DNA of 63,817 nucleotides, filler included, from Rhabdomonas costata (GCA_019059605.1; 25 parts of 25 records of this genome joined end to end with filler, not necessarily neighbours in it), one strand, 5' to 3'. Positions 24,601 through 38,519 are shown, counted from the whole stretch's first letter. Made by a program: numbers and translations. Notes: generated by a model from the letters alone, not told the origin.

Positions 24601-25270
24601 CTACAGAGGAAGCCCTGGCATGGGGAACTTCGAGGCGAATGCCTCGACCTCCCCGCGCAGCGTCCCGGCGGCCTTGCTGGTGGGTAAGGCGGCCTGGAAC
24701 TCCTTCAGCCCCTTCCCAGTGCTGCGGCATTAGGGTGCGAGAGAGAAAGGGAAGGGCGGGGTCTTACTCTGCGGGCTGGAAAGGGGGCGAGTTCTGATTG
24801 TCGGAGCTTAGCTGGAAGACGCGCCACACCAAAAAACTCAGATCGCTGCTGCTTACTCTAATTATCCAGTTGTTGCGACTGATGTTCGCCGTTACACAGA
24901 GGAGCTTTTGGAAGGGTAAAATGGGTGAGAACATCAAATTTAATCCGTCACAAACCTTGATTTCAAGATGCCCTTTTTAGAGTCCCCAATGTTGTTTCTT
25001 ATGGAAGGCTGTACTGACTTCATGGGGGGAAGGGGTATGTTTCCATAGCAACCGCAAGTAACCAAACAGGCTTTTCGGAACAGGAAAGGCATGTCCCATG
25101 TCAGAAGGAGAGGTACGAAGAAACCAGCTTCCCAATCACGCACATTGTCTCCACAAAAGGTGCAAACCTAGCCTGAATCTCCGTCGCGATCTGCACAGAA
25201 CGGTGCAGGAACTCTGCAATCTGAACCATGTCCTTCTCCTTGAGCCCACGAGTGGTCAGCGCAGGAGTGC
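24601..25270 (-). CDS. SHMT: Serine hydroxymethyltransferase, last two exons
   Basis: Exon 25270-25168 'GTPALTTRGLKEKDMVQIAEFLHRSV' plus exon 24721-24601 'TGKGLKEFQAAL..LRGEVEAFASKFPMPGLPL*'. GT-AG intron, phase compatible. Confidence 0.95.
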
Positions 25271-27684
25271 CTGTGCAGCAAAGCACCCCCCCCCCCAAAG
25301 AAAAAGAAGTGAATATTTCCTCGCGCGCACCCTCGGAACTACTCCAATACAATCAGCAGGAAGTCGGGCTCATTGATTTTAACCGGGTGGGCACCATATG
25401 TTTTGGAAAGGCCCCCTGAAACCAAAAGCTCACTCAGCAACCCATTGAGCGTGTTTTCCTTTTTTCTATCGGTCCATAGACCTTCCCCCAAACCNNNNNN
25501 NNNNNNNNNNNNNNNNNNNNNNNNNNNNNNNNNNNNNNTTAATTAATTAANNNNNNNNNNNNNNNNNNNNNNNNNNNNNNNNNNNNNNNNNNNNTGTTGT
25601 TTGTCCTCCTCCTGCGCAGTTGGGGGGGTGCACACGGCCCTGCTTAGCTTGATGCCGGTCCCCTCCCTCCTCTTCCTCCCCTGTGATTTTCCTGTAGTGT
25701 TTTATTTTGACATGTGCAAACTTGTACAGAATTGAAAAGAAAAAATCAGACGAGGAGGGGGGCTGCGAATGCTCGTTGCGGCCGGGTGGGGTTGCAGGGT
25801 GTTTCCGGGCGCTAGATCACCAACTCTCAGCGAAGTGGAGAATGGAGAGAGGTGAGCTGCAGTGTGTCTGTGTGCGTGTGTAAAAGATGGTGGCTGAGAG
25901 TAGCACATTGGAATGGAATCTTGTGGGGAAACATGGTTGCCTGGTGGCTCCGAGCCAGTCCGGGCACAAGGAATGTCAAACATTCTTTTATGTATTGATA
26001 AGAGTCGGCGAGGGGCCTGCCATGGCCCCGATCTCCTGCTGTGCGGCGGTGCCCTCCACTGTGCTCGCCGCAACTGCTGCAGCCTTTCGGGTGAGCCGCG
26101 AGAGATTCCTTCGTTTGAGGGAGGTGCTATACTGGGTAGGAAACCCGCCCGCCTCAGATCGACTTTTTGGTGAACTTTGGCGTTTCCCTCTTTCCCTGTA
26201 GCAGCTCCTTTCTTCTCTCTCTCTCTCTCTTCACTTCTGCACCCTCTGCTGCATACCTATTCCCACCCCAACCCACCTGCACCAGGCGTAGGCGTGTTCT
26301 GTCTTATTATGAAATGTGAAGACCGCTTCTGCATTTGCCCGTTTTTGCCCACCTCTTTGCTGTTGCACTGCCGTCGGTACCCGTTGTGGAGAAGACGCTT
26401 TGAGCATGGAGGGGTGAGTTGGGAAGCCAGAAGCGTAGTCTCTCCTCCTGTTTGGAAGATGTGAGAAGTGTGGTGCTGCTCGTTTAGTCAACGACCGGTC
26501 TCCGGCGTGTCATCGACTTTGGGGCAGTTCAGATAAATTTGGCAATGGAAACAAACTAACTGGAGTTGTTGTACCCCCTGGTGTCTGGGGTGCATATCGA
26601 AGACGTATAAAAGTGAGAAAGCAAGCAGGCAAGCAGGCGAGGCGAGGGCGGGTGGTCTCCTTCGAGGAACTCCGACGTTGGCACCCTTAAGAGAACGTTG
26701 GCTTTGGGTTAGACCAGCCTCAGCGCAGTTGCCTGAGGCTGTTTTTTTTATAAAATTGGAAGACTTAACGCCGGCGGCATTGTAACGATTGCTGCAGTTT
26801 GCACTGTTTTTTGTTGTGATCACTACAACCCTTGGCTGCAAGCCCAAATGAATACAAATGTGTCTCCTCAGCAATTTGCTGTTGGGCCTCCAGTTTTTAA
26901 TGCCCTTTATCGCTGAGCAGAGCCTCCCCAAGCACCTCGTCTCCGTCCTCTGGTATTTGGAAGTTTTCAGCCTCTGCGTCGCCATCGTGCTGGAACCCGT
27001 TGCCGCTAAAGGTGTTTGAGAGTATGCTTGTATGAAGGGCAAGTGTTGCAACCCTTTGTCGTCCTTGTTCTGTCGCACGCTTTCCCCCTTCTCTTCCTGC
27101 CCTGGGGCTCGAACGGCCTTGGTTGAAGCAGAGCGGTCTGCTTGTTTTCATATGGAGCAACGCTACACTCGAAAGTGTCTTGTGCTGAGCCGTCACCCCG
27201 CGACACCTGACATTCAATGGGACCCCCCACCTGCGAGCACCCAGACTCCGCCCGTCTTGACCAGGACAACTTCTCTTTGCTTACCCTTTTCTTTCCCTTG
27301 TCTTTTTCGCGCTTAAACACATGCAAACTTGTACAAACTCATTCATTGCTCACTCTCGTGGCATGTTTTATCTGAATGTTGTTAACTTAATTTGGAGGGT
27401 TGGTTCACGCCAGACTTGACTTTTGGCGTTATACGGCGGTATTGACGTTAAATGTTGAAAAAAAATTGAGCTCGTCCTTTAGGGTGCATTACACAGTATA
27501 TCCCACCACCTTTCGGCATAATAATATCATCGAATGGGTGCTGGCACAGTTTACCTGATCCCCTTTCTCGGAAAATTGCTTCCCCATCTTTACCAGAAGG
27601 TCTGATTTTTGTGGTTAACAGTTTGTGACTCCACCCCAAATGCAATAGCCCCATTCCCTTTCTCTGCTCCTCTCTTCTCCTCAG

Positions 27685-27954
27685 GATGAACTACCGCTTT
27701 GTATACGAGCAGACGACCACCGGAGTCACCGCAATTGTGCAGGCGTCGTTGGCATACATTTACTGCACCGGTCTTGACTATGCAACCGGGCTCTTGCTGA
27801 CCACTGCGCTGAACCCCAACGCGCCATACTTTAGAATTGTGGTTATGGTCGACAATGCCTATGTCGTCTCCTGCCCGGACTCCACTCCGGCGAACTGCGC
27901 GCAGAACTTGGCCAACACCGGCGATCAGACTTTAAGTTGGAGCTCTCCGGAACG
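27685..27954 (+). CDS. Exon of an unknown, possibly extracellular sensor-type protein
   Basis: Strong pyrimidine tract plus CAG acceptor at 27684, an open coding-like frame (MNYRFVYEQTTTGVTAIVQASLAY...), and a CG|GTGTG donor. Confidence 0.55.
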
Positions 27955-29469
27955 GTGTGCTTTAAAAAAAAACAGAAGGGACAAACATGAACGACACAAT
28001 GAATGTCAGGAGCAATCAAGACATGCAGGCGAACAATTAACACAAAACANNNNNNNNNNNNNNNNNNNNNNNNNNNNNNNNNNNNNNNNNNNNTTAATTA
28101 ATTAANNNNNNNNNNNNNNNNNNNNNNNNNNNNNNNNNNNNNNNNNNNNTGTTGTGTGTTTCTCATTGGAATCACGCTGTGACGTACACCCACGATATCC
28201 TGCGCAACCCTTTATCTGGCGTCCGGGCTTTTTTTTTTACTTCCTCCTCTTCTTCCTCTGTCTTTGCAGTATTGCTCAAGTGCTGCGTGAAGGTGCTGTA
28301 CCGTTTGTCAAATCGAAGCAAAAACGCAAAGGCCAACAACGCACCGAAAGGGCTTGTTTGCACTCCGACGCAGGAGGTTCCTCCGCCTCAACCAACGAAG
28401 CCTGTGGAAGCGGGTCGGAGCCTTCCGGTGCTCGAAGAGCTACCTGGACAGGGGAGCTGCTACAGCTGCTTCCGTCCCCATGTTCAGAACCACGCCTTTC
28501 CTCAGCCTCATAGACAGCCTTGGGCGCAACCGGCAAGCAACTGTCCTCCTGTGAAGCAAATTTGAATGTCTTTTTCGGGGACACTGTGCGCTGATGAACG
28601 TGCCATCAAAAAAATAAATGAAAGTAATGAAACTGGCCGACGGGAATTTAGCTGCATTGTTATCATGTGGAGGATTGTTTCACTAATGATGATCCTTTTG
28701 TAAGGGCGAACGGGTCACCAAGAAAGGACATGCCCGCACAGAGAGGAGGCTGACGGCCCGAGTTGTGGTTGACTTTGCATGGACCCGGACAAAGAGATAT
28801 ACGGATGCTCTTCCCCTTCTAAAAACCGGCTGGCAGGAGGCTCGTGCTTTGGTTGGCTGGGTTGGCTAGTACCGCAGAGGTATTAATAATGGTTCAAAGG
28901 CCAATTTTTTTCATCAAAAAAATTGGATCGACTATAACCCGACATTCCCGAAGAGTGCGAGCACGCAGCAGCACTGCAAACACACCAGCTTCAGACCTCA
29001 CAAGCGTTGACCGACAGGAAAAGTTTTGTTTCGTCTATAAAATCTCGGTTTTGTGAACCGGAACCGAGATTTTTCTGGCACAGAGATTTCGCCTTAAAAA
29101 TAATGGATCGACGAGGACGTTGATCCAATGATCCATCATCCCTCTTCTTTTAAAGTTGAAACTGCATCCCAAGGACCAGCAAAGAGAAAAAAAGCAAAGA
29201 GGAACCAGAAATCAAAACGCAAAACACCAGGCTCGAGAATAATTCCAACAAGCTGAAAAACATTCTGGGGGCCAGTGTGTAAGGATGCGACAGAGAGTGC
29301 CACGATAGAGGAAAGGGGGGGGGGAAGTAATGGGAGCCCCATCCAAAATGACAGAAGATCGGGTGCAGTTGCTCAAATGCTTTTTTCCACAACAAAAAAA
29401 GAAAGGGCATGCAACCGATTTCCCCAAAAAGCACAGACAAACCAAGCGTACCAGTCTTTGCTCTCCACC

Positions 29470-29800
29470 GGAAGAGTTGTGGCCGGCACAACGTCGGCAG
29501 AGCACCCCCGTTTCACCCTTGCGGCAGCCAATTGCACGTGTTGCGACAATAGAACACTGAAGAGGAGAGCTCGCAGTGGATTCCAAAGGCTCAGTTCCAG
29601 TGGAGGGCGCACAGCAGCCCTCCCCACAACAGAAACAGTGCTGCAGATTACAGAGAACCTCTCGCTCACAAGAAATGCAGCGCAGCGGCTCAGGTTGAGG
29701 AGGCAGGTTGGTATGTGCGGGGACGCTCTCTGGCCATGGCTCTGAGGTTTGAGCTTCTGCGTCCTTCAAAGCACATCTTGGCCTCGACGCCAATTGCCCG
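29470..29800 (-). CDS. Cys-rich putative zinc-finger exon
   Basis: CxxC...CxxC..CC...C...C...CxxC pattern (RCISCE..HCFCCGEGCC..LCRRC) in ORF 29212-29946. Confidence 0.4.
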
Positions 29801-30249
29801 GAAAAGCCTCCATGGGAAAGACCATGTGCATTGATACCAAGCGCAGTAAACACATTCATTCTCAGTAAATCTGTCCTGCAAAAGAGCACGGAGAGTGTGA
29901 GTGTGAAGAGAGAGAGAGAGAGAGGCCTCGTCATTCCACCCTTCAAAAACGTTTAAAAGAAACCTTACGGAGTGCGGGAGCACTGGAAGCTGCTGGACAC
30001 CCAGTCAGGTTACCGTGTAGGGTGCGGTGCAGTGACTCTCTCAAAAGAACTTTATCCTTTGTGTATTGGCGTAAGGAAGTGAAGAGGGAAGAGGCGGCTT
30101 TTTAATCTGTTTAAATGCAGCTTGTTTTCAGGAATGCTTTCAAAGACTTGGTTCCTTGCCTCGGAAGCAATTCCTTCCAGAAGTAAGAGCGTTTGGTGCT
30201 ACATGTGCAGCAGGCAAAAAAATATCGCAGGGGTGACGTCAATGAATTC

Positions 30250-30560
30250 AAATGCGGCTCTCCAGTTTGAACACACCCCACGCGGTTGCGTGGACGCTCG
30301 GTCCACACCGTGGGCCGAACTCTCTCCTACCGTTTTCCGGGCTGCCTTGCAGTGGATCCTGGGCCTCCCTCTTCGAGCGGACCCGTATCGCTGTCCAACC
30401 TGCCACTGCCCTGCGGATGGCCAACATGCCGTACTCTGCCAAAAGTCTGGCGTTTTCGGCCGGGCCGCTCTTTCCTGCGCGACGTCGTGTTCGAGATCTG
30501 TTCATTCGCTGGTCTCGCCGCTGACAAGGAGCAACGCCTGACACGACACTCGCGGATCTG
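30250..30560 (+). mobile_element. CRE-clade-like non-LTR retrotransposon C-terminal fragment, frameshifted
   Basis: 'LSPTVFRAALQWILGLPL..CPTC..DGQHAVLC..G', then after a frameshift near 30460 'FLRDVVFEICSFAGLAADKE'. This matches the CCHC knuckle and start of the restriction-like endonuclease region. Confidence 0.7.
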
Positions 30561-32689
30561 CTTATCCGCAACTGGTTACCACCCATACGACTCCACAGTA
30601 AACACCNNNNNNNNNNNNNNNNNNNNNNNNNNNNNNNNNNNNNNNNNNNNTTAATTAATTAANNNNNNNNNNNNNNNNNNNNNNNNNNNNNNNNNNNNNN
30701 NNNNNNTCACACTGCAGAGACGACGTAATGCCATTTTTCAAAAAAAAATCATTCACATCTTGGCACGCAAAAATGCTGTGAAGGACGTTCTTGGATGGTT
30801 TCCTGAATCTTTCCTTAACATGCACTTAACAGACACAACTGTCCCTAAGTCACGATTATGTATCACTGATTTACATCAATCAACGAAATCTATTTTTGCA
30901 TAAAAAGTAAGTGTGCAACTTCAGTTGTTTGATTACGATTCAGTACGTTGAATGGAATGAGGGAGGCATGCTGAAATTGAGTTGCATACAATGCAAACTT
31001 GCTACAAAAGCTACTGTCAATATCTCTCTTTTCTGCCCTCTTTCAGTCAGCCCCTTCTTTTCAGACAACTTTTCGCTTCGAAAGAAACCCGTTTTTCGTC
31101 TTTTCAAATCTACTTGCAGGATGTCTATAATTGCAAAACGTGTTTTGCACCACACTGCCGTTGCAATCTGAGGCATCTCATTGCAGTTTGATAATAACAT
31201 GACAGAGCCTTTTTTTACACCTTTTTTCGAAGTCAAAATGCGCGAATCCAAATATACACCCATGCTTCTCAGACCGTCTGCTTGGCTTCAAAATATGGTT
31301 TGGTAGAGAAAAAAACATGATCTAGAATCCAGATGTGCGCATTTTTCTCTTCGGTACTAAGATCTGACTTAATCCAATTATAGGTTTTCAAGCAACAAAC
31401 TTTCTGATATTTTACATGCAAAGCACATTTTCATGGTGATTTATAGAGAAGGCAGGGTTTTTATGGAAAAAGTATAATAGAATTCACACTTCGAAACAAT
31501 AAATTGCAAATAGTCCATCTACATACCAGCAACAGATCTTAGGCCATAAACACAATTTCCCCAGCATATTCTTGTCTGGGCATTCAACTGGACCATCATA
31601 GTTCCATCATAGATCATAAAAACAGCACAACAAACGAAGCCATATCAGCAGTGTGACCATGTTTTGCCACACAATGCCGCACATATCAGGTTTGCCAGTG
31701 AAACAATGAGGGGCATTGGCACACATCCCACGTTCAGACAACTCAAACGATTTGCCCATTCTGACGCTGGAGGCCTCTGGTACACATGCAATCATACTAG
31801 GGTTCCGGCAAGCGGAAAACACAATACCCATCGCAAACAAACAAAAGCCAGTTGAAGCACGCTTAGGTGGAGTCGGGTCACAATTATCACATTAGAAAAG
31901 CGTGCGCGTCAGCCAGCCAAACCTTCACGGCAAGCAGCCAAGAAAACTCATTGCTAAACGCAGCGGAACATGCTAGTTTCAGTTTAGTTAGCACACCCGC
32001 AAAGATGAAGCTAGATAAAAATAGTTTCTTAGACGTCTGCTTTTTCAAAAGGCTCCGATCGCAGCAATTGACATCAGAAAGGCTACATGCCGCACGCTGT
32101 GATGTCTTGCCTCTTCCTTGCCTTTGGTCCAGACGCCATCACCACGACCCTTCATCACAGTATTGATGTAAATTCGGGCTAGGCCGATGGACGTGCTGCT
32201 TATTTGATACCTCTTTGGCAGAGTCGATTTGGCAAGTCCGGTTTTCTGAATTAATGCTTCCAATCGCAAGCACCGTTCGCTTGCAGAATTAATGACTCGA
32301 GTTGTTTCTTTGGGAACGATGTGTCCCTAAACAAAAACACATCCTCCCTTTGTTGGTAAACTCAGAGGAACCAAATTTTTGTTTAAAATGAAATGGACGC
32401 GTGCTAACATCGAGCACAACAATGCGACAACAATCTTTCTTACTATAAGACAGCGCGGCAAGTCAAATTCAAGGGGCTTTACTACACATAAGAAATCAAT
32501 GAACACAGGATTTCACGACTCAAAAGCAGCGCGGCAAGAACAAAGCCCTTTCAACCCCTGTTCTAAAACTTCCCTTTTCATTTTAACCGGCCTTTTTTGG
32601 TGAATTCCTAACTCTGTTTAAAGCATACGTCGATTTTAGAGAATAGTGATTCCAAAGCTTGCCTTTCTTTTGGCTTAGTTATTTGTTGA

Positions 32690-32990
32690 ATTTTTGAATT
32701 TTGTTCTTTTTTGAATTTTGTCCTTTTGTTTTTTGAATTATGTCCTTTTTCGAAATATGTCCTTTTTCGGTTTAGGTCCTTTTTTGAATTTTTTTTTTGG
32801 TATTTTCGTTTTTTGTTTATCCTAATTTCTCGCACGTTTTCGTAATTTGTCCGTTTTTCGACCCTGGATTTCGCATTTTGTCCTTTGTATTTGGTCCTTT
32901 TTAATTTTGTCCTTTTCTAATTTTTTCCTTTTTCGAATTTTTCCTTTTTTGAATTTTGTTCTCTAATTTTGCATTTTGTCCTTTTTCAAA
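32690..32990 (+). repeat. Degenerate T-rich tandem repeat, ~17-19 nt unit (about TTTTTCGAATTTTGTCC)
   Basis: More than 12 imperfect copies of GAATTTTGTCCTTTTT-like units read directly. Confidence 0.8.
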
Positions 32991-33160
32991 CGTGTTTATT
33001 TTTCAAAACCTAAATTTTTTTAAACCTTTTTGCATTTCACGTGGATTCTCAGGCATATTTGCCATCGTTTGAGAGAAAAAATGGGGCGATTTGGGAAGCA
33101 GGGTATGATTTTGAAAAAATTTAGGTTTTGAAAAATAAACACGTTTGAAAAAGGACAAAA
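32974..33160. repeat. 47-bp perfect inverted repeat (32974-33020 / 33114-33160)
   Basis: Exact reverse complement. The right arm runs to the contig end. Confidence 0.95.
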
Positions 33161-35880
33161 CACANNNNNNNNNNNNNNNNNNNNNNNNNNNNNNNNNNNN
33201 NNNNNNNNTTAATTAATTAANNNNNNNNNNNNNNNNNNNNNNNNNNNNNNNNNNNNNNNNNNNNAAAGGAAAAAAAAACGGCCTTCTTCGCTTGCATCAG
33301 AGGGAAAAGCCCGTTCCTGCCCAGACTCTTCTCTGGCACAGGTCCCCCGGCTCGACCCACAAAGGATTCCCGTGCCCCCTTCGCTGAGCCCCCTCCTCTG
33401 TCGGATACGTTATGGCCAACCTTCCTGCGTTGGGGAATACCATCAAGGATATAATTGGAGTTCTTCTGAGACTTCGCTTGGTCGCAATACGTGTGGTTAT
33501 GCTACTTTGGATTCGTTGGAGTCGTTTCTTTGAGTTTCGTCGCCTTCCAAGGCAGCAGATTATTACTTGCCTTTTCCCAACAAACAGAAGTTGCCTTTCG
33601 GTTCTTCTTATGACTTTCAGTGTGAAGTGCTCGGCGCCTTTGGAGCCGATGTTCTGCTTTCTCCAGAGTTTTTGTTCCTTATGTTATTTGTTTGGCCTGT
33701 TGGACTTTTTTGGGGGGGAATTTTGTTCGAAGTTTCGAAAATATATTGGACTTTCTCGCGCTGTATGCTATTGGGACCTTTTGGTGACGTTGTGCTTTTT
33801 GTAATCTTTCTTTTGCGAGTTGGCACCTGCCTTCTTGCAGCAACCCCAAAAATATTTTGGTCATTTGCCCTTGGATTGACGAAGGAGGAAATTCTTTGCT
33901 CACCTAAGCTGTGGAAGACGACAGAAATCGCTCCGCTGCTGAGCACAGCACTATGCCCAAATAGATATTGTGTCACCTCATTGTGGGGGCCCGAACTACT
34001 GCTGCGGGAAGCAACTTGAGTGATTCATTTGGGTTTCCCCTGTGCTGTGGTGCAATCCACCAAACCGATGCAACTTGCATTAGAGCTCACAGTACGTTTC
34101 CAATTAAAGTCCTGGGGACGCTTTCGCTTTGCTGACCAGGGTTGAAAAGGATTCTGATTTTATGGTGTGATCTAGCGTAGGATATTCAAATTTATATCTC
34201 CGCTTTGTCCTCCGGTCTGGGATGGGAAAGTGAAGAGTTTGTGGATTTTTCCGGGCTGTGGGCGATGGATGACGGATGACTGATCGAGAAAAAAAGATGA
34301 GGGCGACAGACCGAGCGAAACCTTTTCTGCGGGCAGGCTGCTTGAAAGGAGTTAGACCTCCTCCGAATGTCGCCCCTGCTTGCGGATGCACTCCCACCTT
34401 GAAGCGTGAGGTTAGCAATCGCTTCCTTGAGAGTGTTGGGGGAAAAAATGGTAATGATCGGAGAATGGTTGCGATGTCCCGTGCAATTTGCTACATGCAG
34501 CTTCTTGAACAATTACCTCTATTTGCTCCTTGCTGGAACCAATGCGTTCATGGATGACCGTCCATGTCCTCTTTTTATGGGTTGGTGTTTGCGCATGGGC
34601 GTCCTGGGCTGCCGCACCCTCTGCAAGTGGAGTTGGTATGTGGCCGCAATGAGATGGGACTTCGTTGGAGAAGCGACGAGTGAACCTTTGAGCGCGAATG
34701 CTTCACTTACTTTCCTCGGAGCACTGCTGATCTCTTTTGCAGGTTGCGCCGCCTACCGCCTACGGAGCCAACTGGATATATTTAGCCCCTTACACGTAGT
34801 GCCCTCCTTTCTGAGTTCATCTGCTGATCGCTATTTTAGGGTTTCTTCATGAAACAGCAGTGAATCTTCTTGTGTTGGAAAAGGCTTGGGGTTCCAGCCC
34901 CTCTCGTGCCATGTCATAAAGCCCCGACTCCTGCACTGTCCATAGATTTCTCGAATTACCAGTTCCCACTATAATCTGCTTCCCTTTGGTTGCCCAGAGG
35001 TGATTGTGACGACCGTCTCTGGGGATCCTGAATGGACTGTCCCGGCGATCTATCCCAACACCACCATCAATGTCGGGGATACACGTGCGTGTGCCTGCCT
35101 TCCCTGTTGACATGTGTGGTGTTTTTGTATGATGCTTTGGACTAAGTTGTATTGAAACCTGTCAACTCCTGGTTCCCCAGTTATTTCAACTGATACGTGC
35201 ATTTTTTCGGAAGATCTTAGATTTCAAAGTGTGTAGCTGGTAGACGTCTCATCCGAATCCAATTTATGCCGTTGCTCAGAGGGACAAATGCTTGCGGCAT
35301 TTCTCTATTTGGAGCGTGCAAAGTATAGATTGCACCAGACCGGGCGCAACTCTCTCTCTCTCTCTTCTCTTTACGCTTCTTTCTTTGTTTTGCACAGTGG
35401 TGTTCCGGTGGAATAGCATCCACGACGTCACCCACCTCGGGTATATCTTTTTCGGCGCAGACTTCCACAAGTCCTTGGGTTTTGAATAAGTTTGGAAAGT
35501 AAAAGGACTGCATGAAGGGTTTGTACGTCTAAGGAGAGGTGGAGGGAGAAGGCGTTTGCTTTCTTGTTCACTCGATGTTCAACTTTTATTCGACCCACAC
35601 ACACATACATACGCAACAGTTCCCGTCCCTGAATTGAACGTGGAACTTCGTCGCCATATAACCAAAACATAGCTACCATCCAAGGTCCACCAAAACCACA
35701 CAAGGTGATCAACAAAAACAANNNNNNNNNNNNNNNNNNNNNNNNNNNNNNNNNNNNNNNNNNNNTTAATTAATTAANNNNNNNNNNNNNNNNNNNNNNN
35801 NNNNNNNNNNNNNNNNNNNNNGGTTTGGGGTCTGTTTATATGCAGTTCGGCCATCTATCCCGCTTCCTCCTCTCTCGCAG

Positions 35881-36153
35881 GCCTCCTCACTGTTTGAGGC
35901 CTACCTCAGCGCCAACCCCACGGACTCCGCTGCCGCGGCGTGGGCTGCACAGGCACGCGCTCAGGCCTCGGCGACCAAAGCCTCGGCCCGAGATGGTGGC
36001 TCTTCCGCTGCCCTAGCCGTGACCGACGTCGAGGGGGCTGCCAGCGATATCATGGAGGAGCCTGACAACGAGGCCAGACCTGGAGTGATGTATTTCCGCC
36101 CATGGGGTGGGTGGTCCCCGGAGGGGACCTGGGAGGCCCTCCCTTCACCATAA
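35881..36153 (+). CDS. Terminal exon, probably the C-terminal TPR-like tail of a class III cyclase
   Basis: Pyrimidine tract plus CAG acceptor at 35880, open to TAA at 36153. 'ASSLFEAYLSANPTDSAAAAW' fits the A..F..YL...P.D..A tail motif. Confidence 0.5.
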   Translation, partial: ASSLFEAYLSANPTDSAAAAWAAQARAQASATKASARDGGSSAALAVTDVEGAASDIMEEPDNEARPGVMYFRPWGGWSPEGTWEALPSP

Positions 36154-37059
36154 GGGGTTAGCGCGAGGAAAGTGAGAGCGGAAAGCCGGTCCACTTTCTC
36201 AGCTCAGTCCCTTGTTGTGCATGTGTGTGTGTGTGTGTTTCTTTTGGGATTTTTCTGTTGTCCTGCTGATACAGACAGAGGCGTGAGAGAATGTCCGAGG
36301 GAGAAATGGTTGCTGAACTCGTATCCCACACTGCGGAAGGGCGGTCTGCCCAAGGTGCGTCCTGAACCACAAGTGGGTCCTTCCCTCCCTCCAACCTTCG
36401 CAGGCAGCTGCCTGAGTTTTCTTTCAGGCGGTGAACAATACTTCGACCTTGCCCCTTCTCCGCAGAAAGGGATGTCCTCATCGCAATGGTTTCCTCCATA
36501 AGAGAGGAAGGGGGACTGTGTGTATATGTGAGCAGTTACTGTGATGAGAGCCTTCCAGTGGGAGGCACCCGATTCCCCCACCTCTTTTTCATTTTTTTCC
36601 GTTTCTTTTTTCGTCCATTGCTGAGGTCCGCCTGCTGGCAGCCGGTGGGATCCAGGCCGGCGCTGCAGTTCGTTTCTTTTTGTTTCTTTTTACTTGATCA
36701 GTGACCGGGAGATAGAGGGATGAAGGGAGGGAGGGTGCAGAGGTGGGTGTAGAGACGACTGAGATCGGAAATGGTTGGGAAGAGGGCCGCAATTGTCGCC
36801 CAGGTTTCTGAGTAATTCCAGTTCATTGCGCGTGGTGTGCATTGCCTTGCCCGTGACTGTACATCTGAATATGTCTCGTGGCTTGTGGTGCGCGCGTGCA
36901 TGCGCGTGTTAGTGTCTGGGCGGTTGCACCGCAGCGGCAGGGCGGGAGGGCCACTCGTCCCAGCAGGTCGTAGCTTTGATTTGCCTGTGCTGACCTTTCT
37001 GCGTGAGGTTTTGACAGTGGAAATGCCCGGGATGCCGGGGACGGAATGCTACAAACGAA

Positions 37060-37080
37060 GTTGTTGTTGTTGTTGTTGTT
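37060..37080 (+). repeat. (GTT)n microsatellite
   Basis: 7 GTT units read directly. Confidence 0.85.
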
Positions 37081-38519
37081 TGTGGAGGGGGTGATCCTTG
37101 TGTTTTCACTTTCTGCTGGTCACACCATTCTCCCCCTCCCCCTCCATCTCAAGTGCTTTGCGTTTTCTGACGGACAAACCCATAGTTGAAACCCATACTT
37201 GTAGTCGCTGTCCATCTAGCCTTGGCTTTTATGGCCGAGGACGAGTGAATTCGGTGCCCTTTCGCGAATCCACCGAAGCGACTGCTTGTGCAGTTTTTGC
37301 CACGGGTTCTGTAGTGTTGTCTCCACCCCCCTCTTCCTCTCCCATTCCCTCTCCATCTGAGCAATCGAAAAGCTTGTACGGTACTTGGCAGGGGAGGTGC
37401 ATGGCACTCCCTCAGTCCCCATTGCTTGCTCACATCTCCTTCTTCTTCGGGTCCAAGGCTTTGTTGACTCTCATCTTCATTCCCCCCGCCTCGCGCCACG
37501 TGTAATCCCTGATGTTCTTCGCGCTCCTCTCTCTCTCTCTCTCGCTCTCAAAGCTGGCGTGTGTCTGTATTGCGTTTTTTCCAGCCATTGCCCAACTCGT
37601 TGGTCCCTTGATTCCATGTTTTGCTGACCCCGTGAATGTCACTGCGGGCTTGGCTCCCCTGCTCCTTGCTCCCTCCTCCTCTTGCACACCCCCACTCCCC
37701 ACAGATAACCCGCGCTGTTTTGGCATCTCCGCAAGGCGTTCGTGCTGTAGATTCCCTACCTTCTTTGGACGTGGTGGAGATGGGGAGATTGCGCCTTGCT
37801 CTGGTGCTGGAATTGCTGGCTTGGGAATGGAGGGACAGGCTTCCTTTTACTCAGACGGTTTTCTGACCACCAAGTTGAAGTTGCTGCACCAACAGAGCTT
37901 CGTCCCGCAGGAAAAAAGCGCTGTAACGCCACATTGTTCGGTTTCTCACCTCAAGCATATTCATCCCCGCACTTCCTGTGGAACATTTATACTTCTGTCC
38001 CTAGGTTAAGGGCCGTCCAAACTAAAGGTGGCCGCAGTCGAGACTGAAGTGCAGTTTGTATTGGTGAGTGGGTATGGTCATGGCTTTGGGTATGGGAGGT
38101 CTGTTGCCGCTGAGGATCAATATGACCCTTGTTCCCTTCCCTTCCCTTTCTACTCAACTACACTGCATTGCACCTGCACTCTATTCGCTATCGGTTATGT
38201 TGGCAGAGGGAGGAGGGAAGAACTGCACAAGACAGCGCAGGGTGACCATACTTGCAGGTGGATGGGTTTGCAGTTGAGNNNNNNNNNNNNNNNNNNNNNN
38301 NNNNNNNNNNNNNNNNNNNNNNTTAATTAATTAANNNNNNNNNNNNNNNNNNNNNNNNNNNNNNNNNNNNNNNNNNNNTTGGTGGCCGTTCTTGAAGCTG
38401 AGCTTTGAGCCTGAAGCATGGAGGCTGACATTTCGGTGTGAGCAATTTCGTTTCCTCCGATATCGGTTGCAAAAAATCTCCGCTTGTGTCCCATCTCCCT
38501 GATCTCCAGAAAATTGCCT

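Noticed and set aside
31560-32330. Possible transposase or Cys-rich gene on the minus strand
   Set aside because: Short interrupted frames with no identifiable motif.
32690-32990. CRISPR-like array
   Set aside because: Units are short, degenerate and abutting, with no unique spacers or cas genes, in eukaryotic DNA.
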